A stretch of DNA of 64,000 bases from an uncultured Saccharospirillaceae bacterium (lineage in GTDB: Bacteria; Bacteroidota; Bacteroidia; Flavobacteriales_D; CAJJDF01). The position numbers and the translations under genes were made by a program. Under the pieces are notes generated by a model, which did not search any database, was not told the DNA's origin, and worked only from the letters and a program-made list of their open reading frames with translations. Location: positions 7,943 to 71,942 of the forward strand of contig CATLPG010000009.1 in NCBI GenBank assembly GCA_950054195.1, given 5' to 3'. This document shows positions 62,343 to 64,000 of this stretch, piece by piece; the stretch's first letter is position 1, and each line of letters starts with the position of its first letter.

Positions 62343-62894
62343 TTACTTTTTCTTTGGATTTATCATTATTATCATCTTCTTACCTTCCATTTTTGGCATA
62401 GCTTCTGGCACACCGAATTCTTCTAGCTCTTGAACAAATTTTAAAAGAAGCACTTCTCCTCTTTCTTTAAACACAATTGTTCTTCCTTTAAAGAATACAT
62501 AAGCTTTTACTTTAGCTCCTTCCTGTAAGAATTTTTTCGCATGGTTTAACTTAAAATTAAAATCATGATCATCCGTATTCGGACCAAAACGAATTTCCTT
62601 TACAGTTACTTTTGTTTGCTTCGCTTTTAATGCCTTTTCCTTCTTTTTAGAATCATACAAGAACTTTTTATAGTCCATGATTTTACAAACAGGAGGTTTT
62701 GCATTTGGGGAAATTTCTACTAAATCTAGCTCCATTTCTTTTGCAATGGCTAACGCCTTGGATACAGGAACTACTTGAGCTTCTACATTATCCCCTACCA
62801 TACGTACTTCTTGAGCACGTATTTTTTCATTAATTCGATGCGGATCTTCCTTTTTTTCGAATCTTCTTCTGTTGTTATGTCTTCTAACTGCTAT
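62343..62894 (-). CDS. infC: translation initiation factor IF-3 (non-AUG ATA start)
   Basis: The IF-3 N-terminal region ([35 protein letters not shown]) is open upstream of the ATG at 62801. The only plausible start after the in-frame TAA is the ATA at 62894-62892. Confidence 0.85.
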   Translation of the reverse strand: MAVRRHNNRRRFEKKEDPHRINEKIRAQEVRMVGDNVEAQVVPVSKALAIAKEMELDLVEISPNAKPPVCKIMDYKKFLYDSKKKEKALKAKQTKVTVKEIRFGPNTDDHDFNFKLNHAKKFLQEGAKVKAYVFFKGRTIVFKERGEVLLLKFVQELEEFGVPEAMPKMEGKKMIIMINPKKK

Positions 62895-62905
62895 GGCTAA
62901 TTATT

Positions 62906-64000
62906 TTAGTTATACGTTGTTAATTCTTCTATTTCCTTTTTTAATAGATTAGCAAAATCTGCTGTACTAAACTCTCCTAAATCTCCCTCACCCTGTCTCC
63001 TTACAGAAAGCTTATTTTCACTCACTTCTTTCTCTCCTATAATAAGCATATAAGGCACTTTTTTTACTTCAGTATCCCTTATTTTCTTGCCAATCTTCTC
63101 GTTTCTATCGTCAACAAAAGCACGAATATCGTAATTTTTTAGTTCATTTGAAAGATTTTCAGCATATTCGTTGTATTTATCACTAATTGGTAAAATAGCT
63201 ACTTGATCAGGAGTTAACCACAAAGGAAACTTTCCTCCACAATGTTCAATTAAAACAGCTACAAAACGTTCCATTGATCCAAAAGGCGCTCGGTGAATCA
63301 TAACTGGCCGGTGTTTTTGGTTGTCAGCACCCGTATATTCTAACTCAAACCTTTCTGGTAAGCTATAATCTACTTGAATAGTTCCTAGCTGCCAACTTCT
63401 ACCTATAGCATCCTTCACCATAAAATCTAACTTTGGACCATAAAAAGCGGCTTCACCGTATTCAACTATGGTATTTAAACCTGCATCTTTTGTTGTATTG
63501 ATAATTGCTTGCTCTGCTTTTTCCCAGTTTTCCTCACTTCCAATATATTTATCTCTATTTACTTTATCTCGCAGAGAAATCTGGGCAGTAAAATCTTTAA
63601 AGTCTAACGCCTTAAATACAAATTTGATTAAATCAATAACCTTTGTAAATTCTTCTTCTACTTGATCTTCTGTACAAAAAATATGTGCATCATCTTGAGT
63701 AAAACCTCTAACCCTTGTTAAACCATGAAGCTCTCCACTTTGCTCATACCTGTAAACCGTCCCAAACTCAGAAAATCGCAACGGCAAATCCTTGTATGAT
63801 CTAGGACTTGAAGCATAAATTTCACAATGATGAGGACAATTCATTGGTTTTAATAAAAACTCCTCTCCTTCATGTGGGGTTTTAATCGGCTGAAAAGAAT
63901 CTGCTCCATATTTAGCGTAATGCCCTGAAGTAACATATAAATCTTTATGTCCGATGTGAGGTGTAGTTACAGCTTGATATCCAATGTTTTTTTGAGCTTT
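62906..64000 (-). CDS. thrS: threonine--tRNA ligase, C-terminal part (5' end outside the window)
   Basis: The frame is open to base 64000 (...[35 protein letters not shown]...[12 protein letters not shown]...). It has class II motifs and a C-terminal anticodon-binding domain. Confidence 0.95.
   Translation of the reverse strand, partial: KAQKNIGYQAVTTPHIGHKDLYVTSGHYAKYGADSFQPIKTPHEGEEFLLKPMNCPHHCEIYASSPRSYKDLPLRFSEFGTVYRYEQSGELHGLTRVRGFTQDDAHIFCTEDQVEEEFTKVIDLIKFVFKALDFKDFTAQISLRDKVNRDKYIGSEENWEKAEQAIINTTKDAGLNTIVEYGEAAFYGPKLDFMVKDAIGRSWQLGTIQVDYSLPERFELEYTGADNQKHRPVMIHRAPFGSMERFVAVLIEHCGGKFPLWLTPDQVAILPISDKYNEYAENLSNELKNYDIRAFVDDRNEKIGKKIRDTEVKKVPYMLIIGEKEVSENKLSVRRQGEGDLGEFSTADFANLLKKEIEELTTYN

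Noticed and set aside
1-64000. CRISPR arrays, rRNA genes and long tandem repeats.
   Set aside because: I found no regularly spaced direct repeats of CRISPR type and no rRNA-like sequence. The only repeats are the short motif tract at 30765-30862 and the HMA gene duplication.

Overview
This is a low-GC Bacteroidota chromosome segment that looks Flavobacteriia-like (T9SS porU, TTTG/TAnnTTTG-type promoter motif, thrS-infC-rpmI-rplT operon). Bases 1 to about 51.4 kb are stacked accessory DNA next to two tandem CAT-anticodon tRNA genes. Bases 51.5-64 kb are ordinary core: polysaccharide glycosyltransferases, galE, an SDR reductase, beta-carbonic anhydrase, a CNNM/CorC protein, Nfu, Mn/Fe-SOD, rplT-rpmI-infC-thrS. 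The accessory part has five sections. (i) 1-2.8 kb holds small membrane ORFs, IS3 and IS200 transposase relics and a tail-collar protein. (ii) 3.1-17.4 kb is a + strand copper island: a Cys/His-rich membrane protein, CusA, a multicopper oxidase fused to a CopB-like barrel, a TolC-like OMF, an HMA-AraC regulator, a CopA ATPase, DUF305, a CusB-like adaptor and an HMA lipoprotein. (iii) A porU gene is bracketed by an intact and a 5'-truncated copy of the same HMA gene. (iv) 21.8-30.7 kb is a - strand Zn/Co/Cd-type island: a P1B ATPase, an ICMT-like protein, CzcB, a CzcA-CzcC in-frame fusion broken by one TAA, a Cys/His-rich protein and a Fur-family regulator. (v) 30.7-51.4 kb is an integrative element of about 20.6 kb that ends in a large serine recombinase whose ORF runs into the tRNA. 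That element is the main hunt result. It has phage-like gene packing, regulators, wall-acting enzymes, a phage-type Dam and a giant RadC-methylase-Strawberry-notch-helicase protein. It also carries a RecA-fold ATPase, a patatin phospholipase and a transmembrane annexin-repeat protein. About 6 kb of it is membrane-anchored and beta-rich ORFs of no recognisable family. I could not recognise terminase, portal, tail, relaxase or T4SS genes. All calls come from reading the sequence and translations by eye. No searches were run, and family names are from memory.
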